Of a stretch of DNA of 64,000 bases, positions 43,623 to 55,144 are shown piece by piece (position 1 is the stretch's first letter; every line of letters begins with the position of its first letter). Origin of the DNA: Alphaproteobacteria bacterium (GTDB lineage Bacteria; Pseudomonadota; Alphaproteobacteria; Bin95); contig OZ219787.1 in NCBI GenBank assembly GCA_964291285.2, forward strand, positions 1,120,001-1,184,000, given 5' to 3'. The translations under genes and the position numbers were made by a program. The notes below the pieces were generated by a model. The model was not told the DNA's origin, did not search any database, and saw only the letters and a program-made list of their open reading frames with translations.

Positions 43623-45215
43623 ATGCAGGCCGAATATGTCATCGTGGGGGCGGGTTCCGCCGGGTGCGTGCTCGCCGAGCGGCTGAGCGCGGGCGGAGCG
43701 GAAGTGGTGCTGCTGGAGGCGGGCGGGAAGGACACGAACCCGCTCATCCATGTGCCGGCGGGCGTGCTGAAGCTCATCACCCACCCGGTCGTCAACTGGA
43801 ACTACTACACCGAGCCGGACGAGAAGACCGGCAACCGCGCGTTCCATTGCCCGCGCGGCAAGGTGCTGGGCGGGTCGTCCTCGATCAACGGCATGCTGTT
43901 CATCCGCGGCAACGCGGCCGATTTCGACAGCTGGGCCCAGATGGGCGCGCGCGGCTGGTCCTATGACGACGTGAAGCAGCACTTCAAGAGCATCGAGCGC
44001 TACGGGCCGGGCGATCCGGGCGAGCGCGGCAAGTCGGGCCCGATCCTGGTGGAGGACTACCGGACCGTCCTGCCGCTCACCCACCGCTTCGTCGAGGCGG
44101 CGCAGCAGGCGGGGCACGCCTTCGCGCGGGACCTGAGCGGCCGGCCGCCGGCGGAGGGCGTGGGCTACTCGCAGATGTCGCGCAACGGGCGCTTCCGCGG
44201 CTCGACCGCGCGGACCTTCCTGCGCGACGCGCGCGGGCGGGCGAACCTGCGGGTCGTGACCGACGCCCATGCGACCGGGCTCACCTTCGAAGGCAAGCGC
44301 TGCACGGGCGTCGCCTTCCGGCAAGGCGGCCGGGACCGGGAAGTCAGCGCGGCGCGGGAGGTGATCGTCTCCGGCGGCACCGTCAACTCGCCGCATCTGC
44401 TCCACATATCGGGCGTCGGCCCGGCGGACCGGCTCAAGGAGATCGGCGTCGAGGTCCGCCACGACCTGCCGGGCGTCGGCATGAACTATTCGGACCACTA
44501 CACGGTGCGCATCTCCCACCGGGTGCGCGGCCAGCAGTCGATCAACCAGCTTGCGCGCGGCTGGCGGCTGGTGCGCGAGATGGCGCGCTTTGCGCTCCTC
44601 GGCAACGGCGCGCTCACCTTCGGCGTCTCCAGCGCGCAATGCTACACGCGCTCGCGGGAGGGGCTTGCCTCCCCGGACATCCAGCTCCTGTTCACGCCGG
44701 CGAGCTTCGACGAGGACGATTTCGGCCGGCTGGAGCGGGAGGCCGGCATGTCGGTGGCGGTCTCGATCGCGCGCCCCTCCTCGCGCGGCGAGATCGTGGC
44801 GGTCTCGCCGGACCCCTTCACGCCGCCGGCCATCCGCCCGAACATGCTCGACGACCCGGACGATCTGCGGGTCGCCGTCGAGGGTGTCCGCCAGGCGCGC
44901 GAGATTTTCGCCCAGCCGGCCTTCGCCGGCATCACCCAGGGCGAGATTTCGCCGGGGCCGGAGGTGGACGGCAAGGAGGCGCTGGAGGACTTCGTGCGCC
45001 ACACAGGGCGGACGATCTACCACATGGTCGGCACCTGCCGCATGGGCGAGGACCCGATGGCGGTGGTCGATTCGCGCCTGCGCGTGCGCGGGCTGGAAGG
45101 GCTGCGGGTGATCGACGCCTCGGTCATGCCCACAGTCACCACCGGCAACACCAACGCCCCCACCATCATGATCGCGGAGAAGGGCGCGGGCATGATCCTG
45201 GAGGATAATGCGTAG
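43623..45215 (+). CDS. GMC oxidoreductase (choline dehydrogenase-like)
   Basis: [47 protein letters not shown]. Confidence 0.92.
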   Translation: MQAEYVIVGAGSAGCVLAERLSAGGAEVVLLEAGGKDTNPLIHVPAGVLKLITHPVVNWNYYTEPDEKTGNRAFHCPRGKVLGGSSSINGMLFIRGNAADFDSWAQMGARGWSYDDVKQHFKSIERYGPGDPGERGKSGPILVEDYRTVLPLTHRFVEAAQQAGHAFARDLSGRPPAEGVGYSQMSRNGRFRGSTARTFLRDARGRANLRVVTDAHATGLTFEGKRCTGVAFRQGGRDREVSAAREVIVSGGTVNSPHLLHISGVGPADRLKEIGVEVRHDLPGVGMNYSDHYTVRISHRVRGQQSINQLARGWRLVREMARFALLGNGALTFGVSSAQCYTRSREGLASPDIQLLFTPASFDEDDFGRLEREAGMSVAVSIARPSSRGEIVAVSPDPFTPPAIRPNMLDDPDDLRVAVEGVRQAREIFAQPAFAGITQGEISPGPEVDGKEALEDFVRHTGRTIYHMVGTCRMGEDPMAVVDSRLRVRGLEGLRVIDASVMPTVTTGNTNAPTIMIAEKGAGMILEDNA

Positions 45216-45275
45216 GGCGGGGGAAAGACATTGACGCGCTGTTGACCCCGCACCCGGTTGCCGGCTTCTGTCCTG

Positions 45276-46700
45276 CTAGCCAGGCGCCCAAAAGGCGGTC
45301 GTGGAGGGGTCGCGAATTGCCGTGCGGCCAACCATGTAGCAATAGAAACTGGTGGGCGTGAAGTACAAGATCGAACCATCGCCCCAAGGCTCGATGCTGC
45401 CCTGTCGGGTGCGAGTGGTTGCAAGCAGGTGCGCGCTAGGGTGCCGCCTTGCAAATTCCCGAAGGCCTTTCAGCATTCCGGGATTTCTGAAATAGCGGTC
45501 CGACCACTTGACCTCGACGCACCAGTTCGGACTTTGTTGCCTATCGAGAAGCACGATATCCACTTCGCCATTCTGCCAGCGCGCATAGTGAAGGTTGAGG
45601 TCGGCATGGAACCATTGGGCAAAAACCGCGGTCTCCGCAATCGGGCCCATGGCCTCGTCTTCCGCCGTCACGGGGCCGAACAGTGCACAGCGCAAAGTGG
45701 GCGCGGTCACATAGACCTTGAAGGATGTCGTGCGCGTGAAGCGCCGGGCATTGCGGTCGATGCGGTGAACGATCCGGATCAGGAAGGCCGCCTCCAGATA
45801 TTCCAGATAGCGCCGGATAGTCGGCTTCGTAACACCGGAGCGCTGCGATAGCTCGTCGAGCGAGACCTCCTCGGCCGTGTTGAATACCAGGGTCATAAAG
45901 AGGGCATTCAATTCCTGCACGTTCTGAATGCCGTAAAGGCTCGGAAGATCGCGAAGGAGTACCTTGTCAACGATGTCGGCTCCGATATAGCGCGCGGGGT
46001 CGTCACGAATGGCGGGTGACGAAACGGCTTCCGGGAAGCCGCCGAAATTCACATAGTCGATAAAATGATTGTTCAACCCTTCCGGGTCGACAAGGCGGTA
46101 GGACGTATCGGTTACCGGTTCTACAAGCCCTGCGATGCCCTGAAGATCGAGAAATTCGTAGAAGGTAAGGGGAGGCAGCAGGAAGTCCGTGAAACGGCCC
46201 GCGCCCGATTCCATGCTCTTCAGGCGCAGCGCGGCGGCGGCCGACCCGGACACGACGCAGCGAATGCCGGGATGTGCGTCCACGAACGCCTTGAGGTGGC
46301 GTTCCCAGTCGGCCAGATACTGGATTTCGTCCAGGAAGAGCGCGCGGGGACCGTCGGCACTGCCGCTCGCCTCGCGGATTTCCCCGGCTATTTCCTCGAT
46401 GGAGAGCCGCGCATAAAGCGGCTGGTCGAGCGAGGCGTATCCGACGTCCCGGGGCGCGTAATCTGCTGCGGCGAGGAGGCGGTCGATGGCGTGGTGGATC
46501 AGGACGGTCTTGCCGACGCGCCTCGGCCCCATGAGAACCACGGCGCGGCGAACGCCCGTTTCTTCGACGAGTTCGGCGAAGCGCCGGAAATAGGCGCGCG
46601 GCTTCAGTCGGGCGTAGTCCTCCCGGATTCCGCCGCCGTCCCACCAGGGGTTGTCGGCTCTCAGGCGCTGATGCCGTTGGGTTGACGAAATCTCACGCAC
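45276..46700 (-). CDS. AAA_14 ATPase with DUF4143-like / PD-(D/E)xK C-terminus
   Basis: [23 protein letters not shown], wHTH-like [12 protein letters not shown]-terminal EVDIV...VEVKW. Confidence 0.85.
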   Translation of the reverse strand: MREISSTQRHQRLRADNPWWDGGGIREDYARLKPRAYFRRFAELVEETGVRRAVVLMGPRRVGKTVLIHHAIDRLLAAADYAPRDVGYASLDQPLYARLSIEEIAGEIREASGSADGPRALFLDEIQYLADWERHLKAFVDAHPGIRCVVSGSAAAALRLKSMESGAGRFTDFLLPPLTFYEFLDLQGIAGLVEPVTDTSYRLVDPEGLNNHFIDYVNFGGFPEAVSSPAIRDDPARYIGADIVDKVLLRDLPSLYGIQNVQELNALFMTLVFNTAEEVSLDELSQRSGVTKPTIRRYLEYLEAAFLIRIVHRIDRNARRFTRTTSFKVYVTAPTLRCALFGPVTAEDEAMGPIAETAVFAQWFHADLNLHYARWQNGEVDIVLLDRQQSPNWCVEVKWSDRYFRNPGMLKGLREFARRHPSAHLLATTRTRQGSIEPWGDGSILYFTPTSFYCYMVGRTAIRDPSTTAFWAPG

Positions 46701-47009
46701 CGCCCGAATGTAGCGTTACCCGCCGCCGAATTCAAGTTAAGCAAAGTCAACTTTCCTTATCGGGAAATCCCCGAAATTATCCATATATTTCAATTGGATA
46801 TAATTACACGAAATACCGTGAACCCGCACGAATCGTGGGAAATCGGCGCTTTCCTGCCTGCTGCCGGCCGCCCGCGTCCGGGCCTGCATTGCCGGCTGCG
46901 GTGGAAACGGCGTCGGTTCCGGGCGGTGTCCAGGGCGCCGGTCGAGCGGACCGGCGGGCCGAGGCCCGTGCCGGAGGAACTGCGCCCGGCGCCGCCCCAG
47001 GCGGGCGCG

Positions 47010-47453
47010 TCATCGCGGCGGGGCTTCCGGCCGCGCCCGGCCGTCCGCCGCAGGGTCCTTCCGGCGGCCGGCGAGGCGCTGTTTGCGTTCGAGGCCGTGG
47101 CGTTTCAGGAAGCGCTGCACCGTCATCGCGCTGAACGCCGCTCCCTCGGCGGCGAGCGCATCGCGCAGCCCGTACATGGAAATCGCCGGCCGCGCCTCCA
47201 GGATGCGGAGGATCCGCTCCCGCTCGGCTTCGATCCGCCACGAGCGGCGGTCGCCGCCCTGCCTGTCGGCCCGGAGCTGTCCGCGCTCGCGGAACCGCCG
47301 CACCCACAGGGCGACGCTGTCCCCGCCCACGTCGTAAAGCCGGCCCGCGGCCCGGGCGCTCATGCCCTTCTCCACCACCGCCGCGACCGCCCGGCGGCGC
47401 AGGTCCTCGCCGACCGCCCGGCCCCGCCGCCGCTCCGCCAATATATCCGTCAC
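47010..47453 (-). CDS. IS630-type HTH-only protein
   Basis: DLRRRAVAAV..GMSARAAGRLYDV..SVALWVRRFRERG..GGDRRS..RFLKRHGLERK; no DDE domain downstream. Confidence 0.75.
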   Translation of the reverse strand: MTDILAERRRGRAVGEDLRRRAVAAVVEKGMSARAAGRLYDVGGDSVALWVRRFRERGQLRADRQGGDRRSWRIEAERERILRILEARPAISMYGLRDALAAEGAAFSAMTVQRFLKRHGLERKQRLAGRRKDPAADGRARPEAPPR

Positions 47454-47595
47454 CGCTCCTCCCTTTCCGCTTCGCCGCCTTGCGGCAGGTTGATGGATAC
47501 TTGCGCCGTTTCCGCGCCGCCTGCATGTCCGTGATTACCCCTCAACTTCTCCGTCACGGCCCTCGCTTCCCCCTTGCAGCCTTGTATCGACTTGA

Positions 47596-48777
<1,182 letters not shown>

Positions 48778-48940
48778 CCGACAACACAGTCGCTCTCCCT
48801 GCGAGCGGCCGCCAGCCGGCCGCCGGGAGAGGCGCGTCTGTACAGGACGGGGAGCGATGCGCGGCGCCCGTGCAACCGCCGCTCCCCGTCTGTGCCGTCA
48901 GGTCATGGTCCCGTTCGCTCCCGCCGGATGCTTCTTTCTA

Positions 48941-48955
48941 GAATGAATATAGAAC
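48941..48955 (-). promoter_or_regulatory. Candidate LexA box overlapping a sigma70 promoter that faces the IS630-HTH ORF 47010-47453
   Basis: GAAT-GAATATA-GAAC; - strand TTGCAT-N16-TATATT. Confidence 0.6.
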
Positions 48956-49032
48956 AAATGAAGTGCAATGCAACCCATTAGAGGAAAAAAAACTTAAATA
49001 GTGTTATTTCAAAGGCTTCGACGTTCGCCCCG

Positions 49033-50391
49033 CTACGACCGGGCCTGCGGTTCGGAGGCCCGCCCGGCGGCGAAGGCCAGTGCGAGGGTGGCCAGGACCG
49101 GGACGGCGGCGGAGCCGAGGAAGACGGCGGCGAAGGCGTAGAGGAATGTGCCGCCGACGGTGTTGAAGGCGAGCATCAGGCCGGTTGCGCCCAGCACCAC
49201 GCCGAGCGTGCGCGTCATCATCACCAGGCTGCCGGCCACGCCCCGGTCCGCCAGCGGCAGGCTGCCGCTCGCGACTTCCAGATAGGCGACCTGGAAGATG
49301 CCGAGGCCCGCGCCGTGCACCAGCAGCGCGACCACCACGAAGGCCATGCCCGGCTCCGCGCCCCAGAGGCCGATGCCGGCAAGCCCGCCAGCGACCGCAA
49401 GCGCGCCGGCCGCCGCAATCAGTCTGCCGTCGCGGCGCTGCGCCCAGCGTCCGGCCAGGGGTGACGCCAGCGCCATCCCGAGCGGCGAGAGGGCGAGCAG
49501 AGCGCCCGCGGTCAGCACGTCCAGCCCGGCCACGCGGTCGAGCCAGAAGGGTACCAGCAGCATAACCGCGAAGCCGACGAGATTGACCGCAATGTTGCTC
49601 GCCGCTGGAATGGAGAAGCCCGGCCGGCGGAAGGGGGCCAGGCGGATGATCGGTGATGGATGGCTGCGGAGCGCGAACCAGGCGCCGGCCCCGAACGCCG
49701 CCAGCAGCAGCGCGAAGCCGAACCAGCCGCCGCTTGCCGCCCGGTTGATGCCGAGCAGCAGGCAGCCAAGCGCGAGGACCAGCAGCGCAGCGCCCACCGC
49801 GTCGAAACGGGGCGCGCCTCCGCCTGCGGCGGCCGCGGGCGGCGCGCGGAACAGCAGCAGGGCGGCGAGTGCGATCGGGGCACGGAACCAGAACACGCCG
49901 GCCCAGCCCATCGCGTCCACCAGCAGGCCGCCCAGCGAGGGCCCGACCGCGCCGCCGAGCGCGAACAGCAGCGTGTAGGCGCCGAGCACCCGCGCGCGCG
50001 ACGACTCGGGGAAGTAGGCCGTCGCCAGTGCCGGGCCGACCGCGAGCACCATCGCCGTGCCGACGCCCTGGGCCACGCGGGCGGCGAGCAGGATTTCGAA
50101 AGCCGGCGCGAGCGCGCAGGCGACGAAGGCGGCGATGCTCCAGGCGAGCCCGATGCGGAACAGCCGTGCATGGCCGAACAGGTCGCCGAGGCGCCCGCAG
50201 ACCAGCATCAGGCTCGCATAGGTCAGCACGTAGCAGATGACGACCCACTGGATGTCGCCGAGTTCGATGCCGAGGCTGCGGACGATGTCGGGGAAGGCGA
50301 TGTTGACGGCCGTGTCGAGCGAGCCGATGGCCGTGCCCAGCCCCACGACGACGACGCCCGCCGCCGCCCGCCTGCCCGGACCGCTGCTCAT
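49033..50391 (-). CDS. MFS transporter (DHA2-like)
   Basis: LDTAVNIAFP, QWVVICYVL, GRLGDLFGH, ARVAQGVG; many TM segments. Confidence 0.9.
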   Translation of the reverse strand: MSSGPGRRAAAGVVVVGLGTAIGSLDTAVNIAFPDIVRSLGIELGDIQWVVICYVLTYASLMLVCGRLGDLFGHARLFRIGLAWSIAAFVACALAPAFEILLAARVAQGVGTAMVLAVGPALATAYFPESSRARVLGAYTLLFALGGAVGPSLGGLLVDAMGWAGVFWFRAPIALAALLLFRAPPAAAAGGGAPRFDAVGAALLVLALGCLLLGINRAASGGWFGFALLLAAFGAGAWFALRSHPSPIIRLAPFRRPGFSIPAASNIAVNLVGFAVMLLVPFWLDRVAGLDVLTAGALLALSPLGMALASPLAGRWAQRRDGRLIAAAGALAVAGGLAGIGLWGAEPGMAFVVVALLVHGAGLGIFQVAYLEVASGSLPLADRGVAGSLVMMTRTLGVVLGATGLMLAFNTVGGTFLYAFAAVFLGSAAVPVLATLALAFAAGRASEPQARS

Positions 50392-50418
50392 CGCGCGGCG
50401 TTTCCCTCCGGACCCCGC

Positions 50419-51504
50419 CTACCGGAACTTCGGCATGATCTCTTCCGCGAACCGGCGGAAATTGCGCCGGTCCACGGCCTTGGGCGGCAGCAGCACGATC
50501 TCCCGGCAGCCGGCCGCTTCCATCGCCCGGATGCGCTCGACGATCAGGTCCGGCTCGCCGACCAGCCCGCCGGTCGCCTGCACCGTGGCGGGCGTGACGA
50601 AGCGGTGCTCCGCCTCGGGCAGGTAGGAGCAGTGGCCCAGATGGACGCGGAGGTGCATCCGGTCGTCCGGGATGCCGAGGTCCTTCAGGAAGCGGTTGTA
50701 GAGGTCCCAGTCGTCGCGGGCGTAGTCGGGGATGAACCCGTCATGGCCGACGATGCGGGCGTGCTCCCACCAGTAATGCAGCGTGGCGCCCACCTGCGCG
50801 CCGATCTCCTCGACGATATGCGGGTCGCTCACCTTCTCGCCCGGCTTCATGGCGCAGTAGAAGGTGAGCGTCGAGGCGTGGAAGTCCTCCGGCAGCGTGC
50901 GGTCCGCCTTCTCGGCCCCGGCCTTCACCCGGTCGAGATTGCGCGCCATGACGCCGAGCGGCTCGGCGCCCGCGCAGATGCGCCCGTCGCCGAGTTCGCC
51001 CGCGATCTCCAGCGCCCTGGGTCCATTGGCCGCGACATGGATCGGCACCGGCGGCTCGAAGCCGATGAAGCCCATCTCCCGGTTCTGGAAGCGGATGGGG
51101 CGCGTCAAGCCGTCATGCGTGAACGCAACCTCCTCGCCGTGCAGGAGGCCGCGCACCACGCGGAGATAATCGCGGAACGCAGCGGGCTTCATCGGGGGAT
51201 GGCCCATGATGCGCATGGCGGTGTGGCCGGTGCCGATGCCGAGAAAGGCGCGGCCGGGCGCAAGCCGGTTGATGGACGCGATCGAATGCGCTGTCACCGG
51301 CGCTAGGCGGGTGCCCGGTATCGCGACCCCGGTGCCGAGGCGGATGCGCGAGGTGTTGGCCGCCGCCAGCGCCAGCACCGCATAGCAGTCCGACCAGATC
51401 ATCTGGCTGTCCGGCGCCCAGCCGGAATCGTAGCCGAGCTCCTCGGCGAGCTGCAGCGTCTGCCACTCGTCGATCTTGGTGTTGACCATCGCGCCGAACT
51501 GCAT
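50419..51504 (-). CDS. LLM-class flavin-dependent oxidoreductase
   Basis: AEELGYDSGW, TSRIRLGTGV, APGRAFLGIGTG, IHVAANGPRALEIAGELGDG. Confidence 0.9.
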   Translation of the reverse strand: MQFGAMVNTKIDEWQTLQLAEELGYDSGWAPDSQMIWSDCYAVLALAAANTSRIRLGTGVAIPGTRLAPVTAHSIASINRLAPGRAFLGIGTGHTAMRIMGHPPMKPAAFRDYLRVVRGLLHGEEVAFTHDGLTRPIRFQNREMGFIGFEPPVPIHVAANGPRALEIAGELGDGRICAGAEPLGVMARNLDRVKAGAEKADRTLPEDFHASTLTFYCAMKPGEKVSDPHIVEEIGAQVGATLHYWWEHARIVGHDGFIPDYARDDWDLYNRFLKDLGIPDDRMHLRVHLGHCSYLPEAEHRFVTPATVQATGGLVGEPDLIVERIRAMEAAGCREIVLLPPKAVDRRNFRRFAEEIMPKFR

Positions 51505-51630
51505 GGGGGCGTTTCCTTCCATCGCAACGGCCCGGACTATAGCGCGCCGCCGCCGGCCGGCATTCCGGTTTGTCCGGGGCCTCTGTATCCTTGCACGGCG
51601 AACGGCTCCCGGAGGCGGAAGGACGGACCC

Positions 51631-52767
51631 ATGGCGATTGCCGAGCCCGCGTTCACTCTGGGCGTGGAGGAAGAGTATCTGCTGGTCGATGCGGAGACGG
51701 GCGCGCTTGCCTCCAACCCGCCGGAAAGCCTGATGGACGAGTGCGTAAGCGCGCTCGGCGAGCAGGTCACCAACGAGTTCCTCCAGGCCCAGGTCGAGAT
51801 CGGCACGAAGGTCTGCGGCGATATCGGCGAGGTGCGGGCGGAGCTGCGCCGGCTCAGGAGTGGCGTCGCGCGGGCCTGCGGCAATCACGGCCTCGCCCCG
51901 GTCGCGGCCTCCACGCACCCCTTCGGCGACTGGCGCCAGCAGGACTATGTCCACAAGGAGCGCTATGAGGGCCTCGCCCACGACATGCAGGCCGTGGCCT
52001 ACCGCATGCTCATCTGCGGCATGCACGTCCATGTCGGCATCGAGGACGAGGAGCTGCGCATCGACCTGATGAACCAGGCCCGGTACTTCCTGCCCCACAT
52101 GCTCTGCCTGACGACCTCCTCGCCCTTCTGGCAGGGGCGGGACACGGGGCTGGCGTCCTACCGGCTGACGGTCTTCGACGCCATGCCGCGCACCGGCCTG
52201 CCCGAGCCGCTGGCCAGCTGGAGCGAATACCAGCGCATGATCGAGCACATGACGAGCTCCGGCCTCTTGGAGGATGGCTCCAAGATCTGGTGGGACCTCC
52301 GCCCGAGCTCGCGCTTCTCGACCCTGGAGATGCGCATCTGCGACGTCTGCCCGGACATGGAGGACGCGCTCGCCGTCGCCGCGCTGTTCCAGTGCATCCT
52401 GCGCATGCTCTACCGCCTGCGGCTCGGCAACCAGCGCTGGCGTGACTATCCCAACATGCTGATCCAGGAGAACCGCTGGCTGGCGCAGCGCTATGGCAGC
52501 CGCAGCTGGCTGGTCGATTTCGGCAAGCGCGCGCTGGTGCCCTTCGCCGACCTCACGGACGAGCTTCTGGAGCTGGTGCGCGAGGACGCAGAGGCGCTCG
52601 GCTGCACGGCGGAGGTGGAGCGCGCCAGGCGGATCGCTGCCCGCGGCACCTCCGCCGAGCGCCAGCGCGCCGCCTGGGAAGCCGCCGGCGGCGGCGCCGA
52701 CAGCGACGCGGCGCTCCGCGCGGTCGTTCGAGAACTGGCGGCCGAGACGGTGAGCGGCCTTGACTGA
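51631..52767 (+). CDS. ybdK: Carboxylate-amine ligase (YbdK/GCS2 family)
   Basis: TLGVEEEY, GMHVHVG, SSPFW, WWDLRP, TLEMRICD. Confidence 0.9.
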   Translation: MAIAEPAFTLGVEEEYLLVDAETGALASNPPESLMDECVSALGEQVTNEFLQAQVEIGTKVCGDIGEVRAELRRLRSGVARACGNHGLAPVAASTHPFGDWRQQDYVHKERYEGLAHDMQAVAYRMLICGMHVHVGIEDEELRIDLMNQARYFLPHMLCLTTSSPFWQGRDTGLASYRLTVFDAMPRTGLPEPLASWSEYQRMIEHMTSSGLLEDGSKIWWDLRPSSRFSTLEMRICDVCPDMEDALAVAALFQCILRMLYRLRLGNQRWRDYPNMLIQENRWLAQRYGSRSWLVDFGKRALVPFADLTDELLELVREDAEALGCTAEVERARRIAARGTSAERQRAAWEAAGGGADSDAALRAVVRELAAETVSGLD

Positions 52768-52860
52768 ATAGTGGCCGGTGGCCAGTCGATAGTGGATAGG
52801 GTTCGGCCTGACCTGCTATTCACCAAACACCGACCACTAACCGCCGGAGCCCGGTCCCCC

Positions 52861-53904
52861 ATGCGCATCCTCGCCGGCCTCGTCCTCATCGCCCTTGCCG
52901 CCCTGCCCGTGCCCGCGCCCGCCGCCGATGCGGGGCCCGACCAGTATTGGCGCAAGGCCTGGCCCAACACGGATTTCAGCCGCCATTCGGTGCCGTTCGA
53001 GGAGATCGCGTCCGGCGGCGTCGCGCGCGACCAGATCCCGCCGATCGACGATCCCGTCTTCACCTCCGTTGCGGAGGCGGAGAAGCTGATCGCGCCGACC
53101 GAGCCGGTGATTTCGCTGACGGTGGACGGCGAGCGCCGCGCCTATCCGCTCGCGATCCTGATCTGGCACGAGATCGTGAACGACACCATCGCCGGCAGGC
53201 CCGTGGCGGTGACTTATTGCCCGCTCTGCGATGCGGCGCTGGTGTTCGACCGGCGGGTCGCGGGCCGGGTGCTCGATTTCGGCACGACGGGGCTGCTGCG
53301 CTTCTCGGACCTCGTGATGTGGGACCGGCAGACGGAAAGCTGGTGGCAGCAGTTCCTGGGCGAGGCGATGGTGGGGGAGCTGACGGGCGAGCGGCTCACC
53401 ATGCTGCCCTCGCGCGTCGAGAGCTTCGCGCGCTTCGCCGCCGCCGCGCCGGACGGAACGGTGCTGATGCCGAACGACCCGAACATGCGCAGCTACGGCT
53501 CCAACCCCTATGCCGGCTATGACGGCGCGCACTGGCCCTTCCTCTTCCGGGGCGCCTATCCGCTGGCGGCGGTGCCGCCGCTGGCGCGCGTCGCCATGGT
53601 CGGCAAGCGGGCCTGGACGGTGGACCTGCTGAAGGAGAAGAAGCGCATCGAGGCGGGCGACCTCGTGCTGGAATGGGCGCCCGGCCAGAACTCGGCGCTC
53701 GACAAGGGGGTGATCCGCGAGGGCCGCGACATCGGCAATGTCACCGTGCAGCGCCGCGCCGCCGCCGGCGGGCTGGTCGATGCGGTCCACGACGTGACCT
53801 TCGCCTTCGCCTTCCTCGCCTTCGTGCCGGACGGCGTCATCCACACCATCTGCGGCCCGTATGTGAAGCCGGAAACCCTGCCGGAGAACCTCGCCTGCGG
53901 GTAG
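52861..53904 (+). CDS. Secreted DUF3179-family protein
   Basis: Signal peptide; DQIPPID, RAYPLAILIWHEIVND, TYCPLC, MWDRQTESWWQQ. Confidence 0.85.
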   Translation: MRILAGLVLIALAALPVPAPAADAGPDQYWRKAWPNTDFSRHSVPFEEIASGGVARDQIPPIDDPVFTSVAEAEKLIAPTEPVISLTVDGERRAYPLAILIWHEIVNDTIAGRPVAVTYCPLCDAALVFDRRVAGRVLDFGTTGLLRFSDLVMWDRQTESWWQQFLGEAMVGELTGERLTMLPSRVESFARFAAAAPDGTVLMPNDPNMRSYGSNPYAGYDGAHWPFLFRGAYPLAAVPPLARVAMVGKRAWTVDLLKEKKRIEAGDLVLEWAPGQNSALDKGVIREGRDIGNVTVQRRAAAGGLVDAVHDVTFAFAFLAFVPDGVIHTICGPYVKPETLPENLACG

Positions 53905-53945
53905 GGGCCGGTGGGGCAGGCGGGGCGAGGGATCTACCGAGCCGC

Positions 53946-53977
53946 TTGACAGCTACCTGTTTGTTCCCTATATATTC
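53946..53977 (+). promoter_or_regulatory. sigma70 promoter with overlapping candidate LexA box
   Basis: TTGACA (53946-51)-N17-TATATA(TT); GTTC-CCTATAT-ATTC at 53963-53977. Confidence 0.65.
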
Positions 53978-54156
53978 CGTTTGACGAAGAAAACGGACCC
54001 ATCGGAGCCATGACCTGAACCAAGGGCGGCGGCCGCACGAGGCCGCATTGCGCCCCAGCGAATTCGGACCCGCAATGCCGGCGGCGCAGGCCGGGCGGCA
54101 AGCGGGAGGGGTGCGGCCGCCATGCAGGCCCTGGGGGGACGAAACGGCAGCAAATT

Positions 54157-54245
54157 GCGGTCAACCTGAGCCGAAAAAGGCCGTTTGTGGTGGTCGACCT
54201 GAGCCGAAAAGGGCCGTTTGTGGCGGTCAACCTGAGCCGAAAAGG
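54157..54245 (+). repeat. 33-bp tandem repeat, about 2.7 copies
   Basis: Unit GCGGTCAACCTGAGCCGAAAAAGGCCGTTTGTG; the last partial unit runs into the SD of the ORF at 54256. Confidence 0.9.
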
Positions 54246-54255
54246 AGAAGAGACG

Positions 54256-54693
54256 ATGACGAACGAAGTGGCGGACGGAACGGCGGGCGCGCCGGCGGCG
54301 GTCCTGCCGGTGCCGAGACAGGGCCGGGCGGTGAACGAGCAACTGCGGGGCCTGGTGCTGGCGGCCGTGCTGCATGAGGGCCTGACCGGCGGCGCGGCAG
54401 CGCGGCGGTTCGGGCTGGGCCGGGCGACGGTCAACCGGTGGGTGCGGCAGTTTCGCGAGACCGGCCAGGTGCGGGCCGGCGGGCAGGGGGGCAGCACCGC
54501 GCGGCTGGAGCGTTCGCGGGGGCTGATCCTCCGCATCCTGGTCGCGCGGCCGGACATTTCCATGTACGGATTGTGCGACATGCTCGCCGCCGAGGGGGTG
54601 AAAGCCAATCCGTTCACGCTGCAGCGCTTCCTGAAACGCCACGGCCTGGACCGCAAGAGCCGCCGCGCCCGGCGGCGGGGGAGCGGGGGCTAA
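54256..54693 (+). CDS. IS630-type HTH-only protein
   Basis: QLRGLVLAAV..AAARRFGL..TVNRWVRQFRETG..RPDISMYGL..QRFLKRHGLDRK; paralog of 47010-47453; no DDE domain. Confidence 0.75.
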   Translation: MTNEVADGTAGAPAAVLPVPRQGRAVNEQLRGLVLAAVLHEGLTGGAAARRFGLGRATVNRWVRQFRETGQVRAGGQGGSTARLERSRGLILRILVARPDISMYGLCDMLAAEGVKANPFTLQRFLKRHGLDRKSRRARRRGSGG

Positions 54694-54729
54694 CGGCGGG
54701 CGCTTGCGCCGGGGCCGCGGGCCGGGCGG

Positions 54730-54981
54730 CTAACAGGCCCGGTTGCGCAGTTCGCGGTCGGAGACGGTATCGCCGGCGTCCAGGGCGCGGCGTCCTTCCT
54801 CAAGGGCGTAGCGGCCCCCGCCGCTCAGCGGCTCGTCGGCCTCGGGGGCGAGGGAGAGCGCTCGAACGAACGGGTGCCCGGACCCGGACAGGAATTCGAG
54901 ATAACGCTCGGCGACCGGGAGTTCGCTGGCAGGAAGCGCGTCCACCAGCTGATGCAGTCGCTCCCCAGGCTCGGCTTCCAT
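54730..54981 (-). CDS. Orphan antitoxin-like small protein
   Basis: ERLHQLVDALPASEL..AERYLEFL..PFVRAL..APEADEPL..GDTVS pattern resembles small proteins usually found upstream of relE; SD GGAGG. Confidence 0.55.
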   Translation of the reverse strand: MEAEPGERLHQLVDALPASELPVAERYLEFLSGSGHPFVRALSLAPEADEPLSGGGRYALEEGRRALDAGDTVSDRELRNRAC

Positions 54982-55144
54982 GGCGCTCCCTCCGTGGCGG
55001 CTGCCGTCCCGAAGCTCTCTCGCCACTTGGAACGACGAAATTTGCTTCCGCCAAAATTTCAGCTTGCAGCTATCTCACGTCCAATATTAGCATGTGTATA
55101 AATCGGTTTTGTAATGCCTATCATCGGAGGAGGTTCGGGGTACA

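Noticed and set aside
54157-54245. Possible CRISPR array
   Set aside because: Units are contiguous with no unique spacers, and there are no cas genes in the window
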